A DNA stretch of 56,126 nucleotides, filler included, from Asterionella formosa (taxonomy: Eukaryota): assembly GCA_002256025.1 (NCBI GenBank). It is 5 parts of 5 records of this genome, joined end to end, with 100 filler letters (N's around TTAATTAATTAA, not from the genome) between each part and the next. Parts side by side here need not be neighbours in the genome. Positions count along the whole stretch, not along the records: positions 22,513 to 33,657 come from NKIB01008792.1; positions 33,758 to 44,896 come from NKIB01008804.1; 3 more parts are not named here. The stretch is one strand, 5' to 3'. Shown one piece after another: positions 22,513 through 34,166 of this stretch (its first letter is position 1; every line of letters starts with the position of its first letter). The notes beneath the pieces are model-generated. The model was not told where the DNA came from. It did no database searches and worked only from the letters and a program-made list of their open reading frames with translations. Position numbers and translations under genes: made by a program.

Positions 22513-23202
22513 TAAGACTTACGGTTCTGGTGTTGCGCTCAGAAGGGAACATCAGGAAACAAGAAGGAAAGGAATGAATATCTGTAATCATTGTGGCCAC
22601 AATGATCATCAAAGGAAAAGCAAAGGCAATCTGTCAATTCAATGTAGGGAAAGTGCCTGATCACACTGGTATGCATATGATCAATGATGATCAGCTACCT
22701 ACTGTGGATATTGTTCCGGCCAACACTCAAGAAAATGTTACATGTGCATCCATTGTGGCCAGCTTGGGTTTGCAAGACTGCGCAAACCGGGCCAATAATA
22801 TCTCGGTAAGTAATTGAATTTTACTAATCAAAATATTTATAGTGAAGCGGGCACTTACAATGGTTTTTTTTGTACAGGCGATTGCATTACGAAAAATTGA
22901 ATCACAAGACTCCTATTCCGATGGTGACGTTTTGGCAATTAGTGATTCTGATTCCGACATTTTGGCGACCATTGAAAATGCCAATATTGTTGAAATTTCG
23001 GGGGACAATAGCTCAACGTTGGCAGGGTTTGAAGAAGAGTTAAAAAATCGGTAATCTTCATTTAGCCCCAGAAGTTAACTTTCGGTGAGAAACTGCAGAA
23101 AGGAACTTCGGTTTTTTTACTAGGCCAAATCAACGAGTTGGCCCTGTAACATCCACTATTTTCAGCATAGTTACAATACCGAAATTCCTTTCTGTAGTTT
23201 CT
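22513..23202 (+). mobile_element. 3' remnant of a probable DNA transposon: Cys/His motif, intron and 25-bp subterminal inverted repeat
   Basis: CNHCGHNDHQRKSK at ~22580-22625; intron-like GTAAGT...TTTTTGTACAG (~22807-22877); inverted repeat 23088-23112 / 23178-23202 with 23 of 25 positions paired. Confidence 0.4.
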
Positions 23203-23786
23203 GGCTAGATCCTATATACTGACGTTATACAGAGTTTACCTATACCCAACATACCCCTACCGGTACTTCGATCGATGACGGTATCTAAGCATATGGAAAG
23301 GGTGTCCAATGGTGAAAGCTCCAAGTAGCGACATACATTTATTTTTACTCAAACGATGTCTGTGTTTGATTACTCTGACTAAATTTTATTTTTTAACCCT
23401 ACCTCGTGCTAGGGGTTCAAATGCAGGAACCTCAAGAAACTTCGATAATTTTAGTCGAAAGGAGTACAGTGCTGAAACGTTGACTCTCAGTGTTTAGGTG
23501 GTACCAGGTACTTCGTACGCTGGTAAACCAGTACACCACCCAAACTTTCACTTTTTGTAGCATTCCAACACAAATATTACAGTAGACTACCAGGTACCGG
23601 GACATATAATGGGTAAATAAGTTAATAGCACAAACCGTACAAACTCCAATTATGGCTCCGCGCGAAGTCTCGCTCCGTAAAATACAGGACAATAGAAGTC
23701 CAGTACAGTTCTACATACGCAGGTCATCGTGGCATCGGAGGTTTTGCACTCATCCATAAAACAAGCAGCCAGCTGAACTTGATCCC

Positions 23787-26663
23787 ATGGGAGAAACAGA
23801 GAACAACGGCGGCGGCGCCCCTGCCCCAACGGGCATGTCAGCCATGCTGAAAGAAGTACAAGAACTCGCTGACAAGTTCAAAGTAGAAGAAGATGTCGAG
23901 TACACCTCGCCGTATGCGTCTTTGGAAAAGGCTGCCGTCTTGCAAGATGCTCGTATCTTCCACGACCCTCACGAAGTGCGTGAAAATCCACGGAAATGTT
24001 GTACTGTAATTGCGCAGCTCCTTCACCTCCAAAATATGGGCCAGCAATTGCAGACAACTGAGGCCACTGAAGTTTTCTTTGGGGTTACTAAGCTTTTTAT
24101 GAGCGATGATGCCTCTCTTAGACGCATGGTCTACCTCTTCATCAAAGAGGTTGCTGAAACGTGTGATCCTGATGATATTATTATTGTCACATCATGCCTG
24201 ACCAAGGACATGACTTGCGATGTTGATCTTTACCGCGGAAATGCGCTGCGTGTGTTGGTCCGTATAGTCGATGCTGCTATGCTCGGGGCCATTGAGCGCT
24301 ATGTCAAGCAAGCCATAGTTGATTCTTCGGGCCAAGTTTCCAGCGCTGCTCTCGTTTCGTCTTTGCACCTCTTTCAGAGCTCACCGGAGAGCGCTGCTAT
24401 CGTTAAACGATGGATCACCGAGGTTACGGAAGCGACTGCGAGTCCTAATGAGATGGTTCAGTTCCATGCCATGCAATTGCTCTATCAGATAAAATCACAT
24501 GATCGGTTGGGAGTTTCAAAGGTGGTCCAGCAGTACAGCGAACGCAACTCCCTCAAGTCGCCCCTTGCGATTGTTTTGTTGATCCGCTATGCCTCCAAGC
24601 TATTGCGGGACGAGATCGCTGAGGGTCGTTTCAGCGGAAGCTCTCTTAAAGAGGGATCCCCAATGGCTCTCGCTGGTTATCACTTCCTCGAGACCAGTTT
24701 GCGACACAAATCTGAAATGGTGGTCTATGAAGCTGCTCGCAGCATTGCCACGCTTCCTGGACTCGAGGCTCAAGACTTGAGCCCTGTCATTGCCGTTCTT
24801 CAGTTATTCCTCTCGTCTCCGAAGCCTACTGTCAGATTCGCTGCTATGAAGACGTTGGCTTCCCTTGCCATATCGCAGCCCCGGGCCGTTGGCAAATGCA
24901 ATGAAGATCTCGAAGCACTTCTCAGCGATACCAATCGATCCATTTCCACTCTTGCAATGACCACCCTTCTCAAAACAAGTAACGAGTCTGCTGTTGATCG
25001 TCTTCTCAAACAGATCTCTCAGTTCTTATCCGACATTGCAGATGAGTATAAGATCACTGTTGTTAAGAGTCTGCAACAGCTGTGTTTGGTCTACCCTGCG
25101 AAGCACCGCATTTTGGTTGGGTTCCTTTCAAACTTTTTGCGGGAAGAAGGTGGCTTCGACTTCAAGCGATCTATTGTTTCCAGTATCGTATCCTTGATTC
25201 GCACCGTTCCGGAGACCACTGAAAGCTCACTCTTGCATCTTTGCGAGTTTATCGAGGATTGCGAGTTTACCATGCTCTCAACACAAATCCTCCATTTGTT
25301 GGGCGAATTGGGGCCCAGCACGACAGCGCCTGCTCGTTACATTCGATTTATCTATAATCGTGTGATTTTGGAAAACTCTTCTGTTCGAGCTGCTGCCGTT
25401 TCAGCATTGGCCAAGTTTGCTGCCCAGTGCCCTTCTCTTCGCACTTCAATCATGACTCTCTTGAAGCGTAGTTTGAACGATGAAGACGACGAAACTCGGG
25501 ATCGTGCCACTCTTTGCGTTTCTATTATTGAGGCTGCAATGTCGACATTCCCTTACGTTGCCCCTCCAGATGACATTGATGCCGGGGAATTCCCCCCTGA
25601 CAATCCTCAGGAGGGTGACACCGCGGCGTTTGTTTTGCTTGAGGCTTTACCCATGACATTCGACAAGCTTCAACGTAGTCTCAAGGTGTACATGGCCAGT
25701 CCAACGGCCATGGGAAATACCCAGCCTATTTCTGTCGAGACTTTACCTGTTGTTGAGGATACTGCTGAAGATATTGCTGCAGCGACTGGTGCTGATAGCA
25801 TGGATCTCGATGGAGCTAATCTTCTCGGCTCGGCAACCGACGAACCCAAGGAGGTCGTTGACCCTGCCGCTGCTTTGTACGAAATTCCAGAGTTGGCATC
25901 GTTTGGTCGTGTCTTCCGTTCTTCGCCGCCTGTTCAACTAACTGAGAGCGAAACGGAGTACGTGGTTCAATGCGTGAAGCACATATTTGCAAGTCATGTT
26001 GTACTCCAATTCAGTGTTCAAAATACCATTGAAGATCAACGGCTAGACAATGTGACTGTCCTTCTCGATGATAGCGATTCGGAAAACTTTAAAGTTTCTG
26101 GTGAAATCCCTGTCAACGGAATCTCGTACGGAATGACTAAGAATTGCTTCACTGTTTTGGAACGTGTCTCTGACTCCCCACTAGTTGCGAGCACATTTGC
26201 TTGTGAATTGCGATTCAATGTTGTCCAAGTTGACCCTGTTACAGGTGAAGTAGAGGGCGACTCGTTCGAAGAAGAATACCCAACCGAAGAGCTAGTTATT
26301 TCAACCTCCGATTTTATGGCGAAGGTTTCGGTCCCAGATTTTCGGAAGGCCTGGGAGGATGCGGGCAACGACAACGAGGTTCTCGAGAAGTTCGCTTTGA
26401 ATTACAAGAAAGTCGAAGACGCTGTTTCGGCTGTTCTTGGCATGTTGGGGATGCAACCAATGGATGGCACTGCTGTTGTCAAACCCGACATAGGAACAAA
26501 GGCGCACATGTTACACCTTAGTGGAGTATTTGTATCGGGACATAAGGTATTGGCTAGAGCGCAAGTTGCTAGTGCAGGCGAGAACGGAGGAGTTGTACTG
26601 AAGGTTGCTGTTCGAAGTGGAGACGCTGACGTCTCTCGACTCGTTGCTGATTGCATCAACTAA
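23787..26663 (+). CDS. COPG: Coatomer subunit gamma, 958 aa, intronless
   Basis: Gamma-COP motifs EKAAVLQDARIF, LRRMVYL, FLREEGGFDFK, LCEFIEDCEF, YIRFIYNRVILEN and LTESETEYVV. Confidence 0.98.
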   Translation: MGETENNGGGAPAPTGMSAMLKEVQELADKFKVEEDVEYTSPYASLEKAAVLQDARIFHDPHEVRENPRKCCTVIAQLLHLQNMGQQLQTTEATEVFFGVTKLFMSDDASLRRMVYLFIKEVAETCDPDDIIIVTSCLTKDMTCDVDLYRGNALRVLVRIVDAAMLGAIERYVKQAIVDSSGQVSSAALVSSLHLFQSSPESAAIVKRWITEVTEATASPNEMVQFHAMQLLYQIKSHDRLGVSKVVQQYSERNSLKSPLAIVLLIRYASKLLRDEIAEGRFSGSSLKEGSPMALAGYHFLETSLRHKSEMVVYEAARSIATLPGLEAQDLSPVIAVLQLFLSSPKPTVRFAAMKTLASLAISQPRAVGKCNEDLEALLSDTNRSISTLAMTTLLKTSNESAVDRLLKQISQFLSDIADEYKITVVKSLQQLCLVYPAKHRILVGFLSNFLREEGGFDFKRSIVSSIVSLIRTVPETTESSLLHLCEFIEDCEFTMLSTQILHLLGELGPSTTAPARYIRFIYNRVILENSSVRAAAVSALAKFAAQCPSLRTSIMTLLKRSLNDEDDETRDRATLCVSIIEAAMSTFPYVAPPDDIDAGEFPPDNPQEGDTAAFVLLEALPMTFDKLQRSLKVYMASPTAMGNTQPISVETLPVVEDTAEDIAAATGADSMDLDGANLLGSATDEPKEVVDPAAALYEIPELASFGRVFRSSPPVQLTESETEYVVQCVKHIFASHVVLQFSVQNTIEDQRLDNVTVLLDDSDSENFKVSGEIPVNGISYGMTKNCFTVLERVSDSPLVASTFACELRFNVVQVDPVTGEVEGDSFEEEYPTEELVISTSDFMAKVSVPDFRKAWEDAGNDNEVLEKFALNYKKVEDAVSAVLGMLGMQPMDGTAVVKPDIGTKAHMLHLSGVFVSGHKVLARAQVASAGENGGVVLKVAVRSGDADVSRLVADCIN

Positions 26664-27329
26664 AGTGGGTGCGAGCAGCATGCAGGTATACTCCATCATT
26701 AAAGAAATGTGAAGCCGAACAATTCTACAACTGTTCAGGTAGATAACGTATGGCTGAATTTTTCAAGTCATTATTTTTGAAATTTTAGTATGCCTAATGT
26801 TCAAACTTGTTTATGTTATTGCGATGTCCTGATTCTGTGAGGCTTGATGGATGTTCAACCAAAACTCAAGCATTTGTGATCTGGATCTGAACTTTTTTTG
26901 GGGATGAATAATGAAAGTAAAGCCAAGATTTCAAACAAAAATCAGCCAACCCCAACTTCCTGCCACTTTAGGGGGGTCTATTTGTCACACCCCAACACAA
27001 GAAAACTTGATTTTACTCCAGATTGGAAAGCCCTACTTGCTTGTTGAACCCTGTCTGAACTTCAATGTACCATCAATGAACATCTGGTCCAGGAAGCAGT
27101 CCAACAGTCAACACTAAAAGGCAGGTGAAGAATACAAGAATCGAACCCATCACCTCATGAGGTGTGCTAACCAATTAAACAAATGTATTTATTTTCCTCA
27201 GACATTCCCCTTGTACTTGCACTGACAATATCCTCTGATTTAACATGAGTTCCTGTGAGAGACATATGTAGTAATGAAGAATACATGTTGAGTTAATTTC
27301 CTACATCTTGTTTATGAAATGATGAAAAA

Positions 27330-27980
27330 GAATTCATTAGCAGTGATGCAAGTAGAACAAGAGAATAATGTTGCAACTTTCAATGCAGTAGCTTTGGGAA
27401 ACAGATCGAAATGCAACAACAGGAACAACAGCTAATGCTGCAGGAGGAGAAACAGAAAATGCAAGCAGAAGATGAGGAGAAACTGAAAATATAACAACAG
27501 GAACCACTGCAAATAAGAAAGAAAGAAAAAATTTGACAAAGTGACTCCAGCATCTATTCTCAGCCGAGCTGTCAGTCTTACTAAACTCAAGATTAGGAAA
27601 GAAAAAGAGATTTCTGGAACATGCAGATTTTCTCTTGAAAAAGTCAATAGAGTTTGCAAGGCAGAACAGGGCAACGCTCTATACAATAATATTTCGGGAC
27701 AACAAGGTTCCAGGGGAAAACAGGGACGAAGCAAAAGTTTGGAAGGCCTCAGGAAAGAGATTCCAATGGCAAACACAGTTACCAGTGGATTATAATGGGT
27801 GACATGAGAAAAATAGGATCCCGAAAAGAGGTTTTGCAATCAGAGTTACTATCAAACTTTTTATTTTGAAAATTCTCATAGGAGAGAGTGACCATCAACT
27901 TTCACTACCCCACCACCTTATATGGCCCATGGAGCGCAATGACGAAGAATCTAGAGGTGATGCGCTATAAAAATGATTGA
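27330..27980 (+). mobile_element. Third decayed LINE-derived piece ending in the conserved 3' tail
   Basis: 27880-27978 GTGACCA...TATATGGCCCATGGAGCGCAATGAC...ATGCGCTATAAAAATGATT matches 10250-10360. It is preceded by A-rich decayed coding-like sequence. Confidence 0.65.
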
Positions 27981-28120
27981 CAAATGCATGCTAACTACAT
28001 TAAATTCTAATCTTATTTTTTGTGTACTCGGAATACATTGTTATATCATTGTTTTCTTATACATCAGACCTGTTAAATTCGCATTACAAAAGACAAGAAA
28101 GCTAACAAAATCCGTCAGTA

Positions 28121-28662
28121 CCAGCAAGTTAGGGTTATTTTTCTGAAATGGACAAGGTGACGGTGGACATGAGTCATCAACTCTATCTTTGAGTTGACCG
28201 TATCACGACTTGTTAGTGACGTATTTAACTATTTCGTCTAAACACAGAAACGTTAAAACGAGGCAAAATGCTGAAAAAAAGAAAATGACAATGACTGGGG
28301 CAATAGAGTGGCGGCCCAAAGCAAAAGTTAGCAAAGTAAGCAAGTCTTGCTTACGTTGCTTTATTCTCTCCAAACTCAAAATCTTTCTCCTTTTCCGGTC
28401 GAAAATTCCCCACCTTCTTGCTTACTTTTGCTTCGGGCCCCCCTTTGCCCCAGTCATTGTTTTTATTTCAGCCATTTGCCTCGTTTTGACGTTTCCGTGG
28501 TTAGACGAAATAATTATTTACGTCACTACCGGTAGTTACAAGTCGTCATACCACTGTCGACTTACGGAGATTGTTGATGACGTTCTCTCTTTTTTGTCTT
28601 TTTAAGCGCCTGTCCTGCGTCACGTTGTCCATTTCAGCAAAGAAATCACCGCAACTTGCTGG
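28121..28662. mobile_element. Foldback/MITE-like element with long imperfect inverted arms and TA flanks
   Basis: TA|CCAGCAAGTT...AACTTGCTGG|TA termini. Outer arms 28121-28165 / 28618-28662 and inner arms ~28206-28340 / ~28414-28546 are reverse-complementary. No coding capacity. Confidence 0.8.
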
Positions 28663-29163
28663 TACCAGGTACACCAGGTAACTGGTACATACCTGTTACT
28701 GTTACCAGGTACCCTGTACTGGTAGGTGCATGCTTTGTACGTCATGCTAGTAAACTACTAGTGCACTAGCTTTCACGACGGCAAGAAAGGTACCGGTATT
28801 GGGGGTAACTAGAATTTTTTGTCAAAACAAGCACACCAGACAGTACACAGTCACCAGGTACTGTACCACTTACGCACGACAAAATAGATGTGATAGCATA
28901 CCCGTATCGAGTACGTATTTATTGATTCAATGATATGGATATGCAGGAAGACCAGGATACCGGTATTGTAGCTCCAACGGAAGACTCGTCTTCCAATCAT
29001 AGCTACAAGGGTAACTGGTACCCCTAAGTTGCTAAGTTCTTTGGATTGATCATCGTTACAAATATATTACTCCTCCACAGAAGAAGCGCTGAATATACTC
29101 GATCTTCGCTAAGCCATAGCAACACCACTGACCTCCTGCGCCTTGCTTAGGACCAACCATATC

Positions 29164-30113
29164 ATGGCCTTCGGAAAGAAGAAAGTTTTGGAAGAACCGG
29201 AAGTTGTCGTTGTTGACCATACCGGTTGGCTCCTGGCCAGCAGCGTGGCAGAGTTTATTTTGATGCACACTCATGAGATAAAGTACATGTGCATGTTTGG
29301 ATATACCTTCTACCATGGTATGTTAGTTCCAGGCGTCAAGTCTTTGCGTACCTATTTCACTTTACTCTCAATTTATATTCCTTTCCCCCTCTATGTGAAC
29401 ATGCAGGCTCCAATGTTTTTGGAAACTTGGGCAAAGACTCTCCTTTGTCGTTCAAATTCATCAATATGATTCTCGCCTGCACTGGTGGCGGAATCTTCGT
29501 TCCAATCTTCATCAATGCCATCCCCGTCCCTCTCTGCCAGGACGCCTATCCCATTGCTATCTTAGTTTCCTTCTTGCTTCACCAGTACATTCCCATTCTT
29601 CGCGAAGTCATGAAACTGTCCGCTGTTTTCCAGGTCAGTTGAGACAGGCAAATTGTTATACCCGCCTGCTTGTATTTTTCATCTGATTTTTTCTTATAAA
29701 TGTCACAGGCTGTCATCATCTTCTTGTACGAATGCCTGAGAGCCTCTGTAGTTGTAAAGCTCACCGCCGCTGCCGGTTCCACGATCCCTGCCAGTGATTT
29801 CAGTTTCCCTATTTTCGGCCCTATATTTTGCGGTGCGGTTGCAGGGTGTGGGGGCGCTTTCCTTCCATTAAACAAGGGGTTAGATCCCATTAAGAAGGAT
29901 GGATTGGCCCCTGCCATGATGTCTGCTTTAATCGCGGCCACTTTCTACCACCTCTTCGTGAACACATCACTGAGCGAAGGGGTTGTGGACGCTCCGAAGA
30001 AGGCTCATGTTGTTATCGCCATATGCTTTATTCTTCACCATTTCTCCTATACATTCAAACTGTTCGCGCGAGCTCCCAAAGTTCCTATCACCCAAGCCAA
30101 GAAGGAGAGTTAA
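29164..30113 (+). CDS. TRIC (trimeric intracellular cation channel, TMEM38/UPF0126)-like membrane protein, 261 aa
   Basis: Exons 29164-29317, 29407-29633 and 29709-30113; the GT-AG introns keep frame. Hydrophobic helices carry twin glycine motifs ACTGGGIFVP and AGCGGAFLP. Confidence 0.75.
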
Positions 30114-30312
30114 TGATACTCCCTTTTCTCCAAAAAACTACCGGTATTGATGTTCAGTTTTTTCATTACATGATGTGTTAAGAATAACCTTTGTGTAGCT
30201 GTGCCCAATACTTGCAAATATATTATACCGGTAGTCTACCTAGTCAAATCATGCTTTCTATACAATCCATCAATCATTCTTCAGTAGACTTTCTTAAATT
30301 TTACATTTGTGT

Positions 30313-33285
30313 TTAAATAGCAGTGTTAAGAGCCACCATTTGCGTGGTATCCAGCAATAGGAGGTTACTTTGATTCTCGATGAAAGCAAGAGTGTACTTG
30401 TTACTGTCGCTGATCGTCCTCAATTCATCGTGTCGTGTTTGAACCGCTTTGTGCATGGCGCGCAGTGCCCTCATAAATGGTCCTCGTGACTTGTCAATAG
30501 CCATGCCATGCGTTTGAAGCAGTTCCAAGCACCAATGCAAATAAAACTCAACATGTGGGGATTCCGACATAGCTTTGGAAACAAACTGAAGGAGTCGTTC
30601 AAGATGCTCGGGTCCAATCGCTCTGACAACATGTGGAATAGTTGCAAAAGGCGTATCCTCGAGTACTTCCTTGACCAAGGCAGACTCATTCAAATGCAAA
30701 GCCATCCGAAGGGCAGTACTGCAGTCCCCGGAAGCAAATTTAGCCTGGATAGTCGATGGGGTAATCTCTTCTGTCAAGGAGATCGGGTCAAACATCATGT
30801 CTTCATCTAATGAGTAAACATGGAGACCCTCACCAGACACGGCAGCCCATTCTCGGCCAGTTGAAGAAAAGGCAACTTGTTGAGTGAGAACTTCAACTCG
30901 ACTTTTGCGAGTACCATCATCGCCTCGCCGTGCTCCAGGCAAATTCAAAGCGTTGTATGTAGTTTCGTCTTCCGAATCGGCCTCCTCATCAACAGGACCT
31001 CCACCAGCGAGGTTTTTGGAGTTGAGCTGTAAACGAGATGAAGGAATGAATAAAGTTAGGACGTGGTCAGCAATACCAGCTATCTCAGGCAAAAAAAATT
31101 AGGGTGTGTTGCGCTCGGACATCCAAGGAAGTTAATTTCGCTCCATTGGGAATTAACCCGTCGGCGTTTCTGCGAACGTTTATGGGAAAGTCATCATCAT
31201 CGCACAAACCACACCATACAAGCAGCAAAAAACATAAATAAGGCTTTTACTCACCTCATCTAGTACTCCATCCAGCGATCGATTGAACGTGACTTGAAAC
31301 TTCTTCAGAAGCATCTGTTGACTGACTTCGTATATACATACGTACTTCGAATTTCCTCCAGCCAAAACACAGCATCCATCAGCAGAATAACAAACCGAGG
31401 TGAAGTATCGCGATGAAGCATTGTTGTCTGACGTCATCCGGTCGTTTATTTTCCTTCCTCCTGCAATGTCGCGTCGACCATCAATTTCAAACTTGAGCTT
31501 TGCACTCTCGACATCCCAGAAACTCAGTAGACCACCAATAGTTCCCGAGCAGACTTCTTTTCCATCAGGTCGAAAAGCCACACATACAACGTCAGAGGTG
31601 TGTTGCACACTCTCGGTCGCGATGTTTCCCTTGTAGAGATCCCAGAACTTGACCGTGCCATCCCAAGAAGCAGAAGCAAGACAGCCGCCACTGAGCTGGA
31701 AAGTGAGGTCGCAAACAGGGCCTTCATGTCCAGTCATAACATCGAGGAGTTTTCCAGTTTGAAGATTCCAAATGTATATGTGAAAAGGACCAGCTGACCC
31801 AGCAGCGACAATCTCTCCACTCGGATCGACTGCCAAGCTCAAGAATTGAACAGGTGTTGGTGTCGTTAGAGTTTTAAAGGTACGGTAACGGTGCAGGTCA
31901 TGAGCTCGAACAGTACCATCTAGGCTAGAGCTGAGGACGACACTTGAGTTTGCGAATCTGACAGCAGTAACTGGTGCTGTGTGAGACTGCTCCATGGTGA
32001 CATAACAAAATCCACTGGTTGCATTCCATAGTTTCAATTTGCCGTCTTCACCACCAGTACATACAACTACACCATCTGGAGAATACGCCATGGCTCGCAT
32101 ACCGTAAGCATGCCCACGCTGTTTAAGCACGTAAGTTTCAGATCTCCATTCCCAAACCAAGAGTTGCTGCGAACCAGGGCAACCCAGAGCAAGCCAATCT
32201 CCTGTGTCATTCAAAACAGCAGTTTTTATAACTTGATTGGATCCAACTGATAGAGTATGGATATTAGCAACGGATGGAAGTTCGTAGAGACCGAAGAGAC
32301 CCGAAGAAAAACCCACAACGAGAAGTTCTGCTTTTGCACAATATGATGTTGCTGTCACGTTGGCCCCTTCTTGATGAAAATAATGGCGTGATCTTAGTGA
32401 CCACGTCATCTTAACAAGATGATGGGCTTGGTTATCAGTATCATTATGAGCAGCTACAGCAATCGAGTTGTGAAGAGGACCACCCGAGAAAAACTCGAGA
32501 ACATCATCAATTTTGGCTTCACTGTCGCCATCGGCATCTGGAAGGTCAACGTCGTCGTCGTCACTGTGTCGGCACTGCCAGGTAACGAGTGCCCCATCTT
32601 CGCTAATGGTGTAACAAGAGTCAATTACTCTCCTGTTCTTTTCCATTTTCTGCGTGAAGTACGCACCGACGATGGGAGTCTTGTGTCCACTGAGAGTGAC
32701 GGGCAGGTAGTTTCTGGTTGTTGTAACAGTCCATAAGCGGCAAGTACCATCACGGCTACCAGCGAGTAGGACAGTCGAGTCTGAGCTCCAATGAAGGGAA
32801 GTAACATCATCGGACTGGCCAGTGTAGGTTCTGTGTAGGACAAGGGGTGCGAACTCCTTTCGCATCTGACTCGGTGTGTGCCAGACCTGTACATGCTTTC
32901 CATGTGTTACAGCTAAGTAGCTACCGTCTGGACTAAATAGAACTTGTCTGACCTTTCTCTTGAATCTAAAGCGATGCAGAACAATTCCTCGGTGAAAGTT
33001 GACCAGTAAAGCGTAGTTTTGAATGTCAACAACCAACAAAAGGGCATCATCGGGTGAAAGTGCCAGGCATCGAATATTGGATCTGGCCTCAATGGGAAGA
33101 GTTCTTACGGAATGAGCCTGGAGATCAATAACTTGTACACGATTAGAAACCGCGGAAATCAACGTGTTTCCCGAAGAAGAATACACAAGGTTTGCGCCAC
33201 TTCCTTTCCCTGCCTGTGTTGCAGTTGAGTTCGGGTGTCCGTAGTAGGCACCGCAAAGTCGTTGGAGCTTGTAATTGAACTTCAT
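30313..33285 (-). CDS. PWP2: Periodic tryptophan protein 2 (U3 snoRNP/SSU processome UTP1), WD40 repeats + Utp12-like C-terminus
   Basis: Exons 33285-31255 and 31026-30313 (228-nt GT-AG intron). Motifs MKFNYKLQRLCGAYY, QLLVWEWRSETYVLKQRGH, DGTVRAHDLHRYR, LPGARRGD and HVEFYLHW. Confidence 0.96.
31110..31204 (-). ncRNA. SNORD14: U14 (SNORD14/snR128) box C/D snoRNA, intron-encoded in PWP2
   Basis: Minus strand reads: TGCG stem, box C ATGATGA (31200-31194), domain A CGTTCGCAG (31178-31170), internal GTTAATT/AATTAAC stem, domain B TTCCTTGGATGT (31130-31119), box D variant CCGA (31118-31115), closing CGCA. Domain B is the exact complement of 18S ACAUCCAAGGAA. Confidence 0.9.
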
Positions 33286-33657
33286 TCTTACAGATTTCAC
33301 ACTAGCCAGTCTATGCCAACGAAAGACAGCAAGTGCGGTATTCCAATTCGGCACCGGGTCAGGATGGGGATAGGTAACATTGCCGGCAAATCACAAGCAC
33401 AGATCGAAATATATCCTAGCAAAATTATAAGGCAAACTTAAGGTGATGGAGTTCAGCCATCCTCTTCATGTTTGTTGCCAGGTGATGAGTGGCTCGAGAG
33501 ACAATGAGCTCATATTCAATTTTCCACCCAAAAATCCCTCCTCCAACCTCCTTGGATGGTTTGAGAAAAAGAAGGTCCGGTAAAAGACGGTTTGTTGCGA
33601 AGAAGAAAAAAAAGGATACATGCATACCTGGATCTTATGCTGGATCTAACCTCTAAG

Positions 33658-33757
33658 NNNNNNNNNNNNNNNNNNNNNNNNNNNNNNNNNNNNNNNNNNN
33701 NTTAATTAATTAANNNNNNNNNNNNNNNNNNNNNNNNNNNNNNNNNNNNNNNNNNNN
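33658..33757. other. Artificial scaffold linker
   Basis: N44-TTAATTAATTAA-N44. Confidence 0.97.
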
Positions 33758-34166
33758 GTACCGCATTATGAATATTAGCTAATAATAATCATACCGATAG
33801 AATTATCATTCATGGACATTTTTATCCCACACGCACTTTTTCTTAAATTGCATTGTTGATCTCCATCCTCCTCCTCCTTGTGTTGTCGTGATCATTGTAA
33901 TAGTCTTTTGCATTTTTGATTCATAATCTGTACGTTTTGCATCAAGCGAACGAACGATTATACAGATAGAGCGGCAGGAGGGCGATTTCGCAGTCGGCAC
34001 GTGTCTTGACAAGAAGCATATCATTGGTATCATCGGTATCAATTCTGAATCCAAATCTGAATCGGTATCAGAATCCAAATCTGAATCAGTATACCGGTAG
34101 ACCACAGCAAACATCGTTTCGCCATTTGTGACTGTATAAAGACTTATTATTTATACGAAACATAGT

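Noticed and set aside
33286..33354. ORF-track N-terminal extensions (PWP2 from 33354, DLST from 36582)
   Set aside because: They use non-ATG starts or intron read-through; the ATG starts and splice sites give better models.
34044..34092. DSDLDSDT repeat ORF (33806..34114)
   Set aside because: A short 24-bp duplication in the upstream region of the 34167 gene, with no other coding signal.
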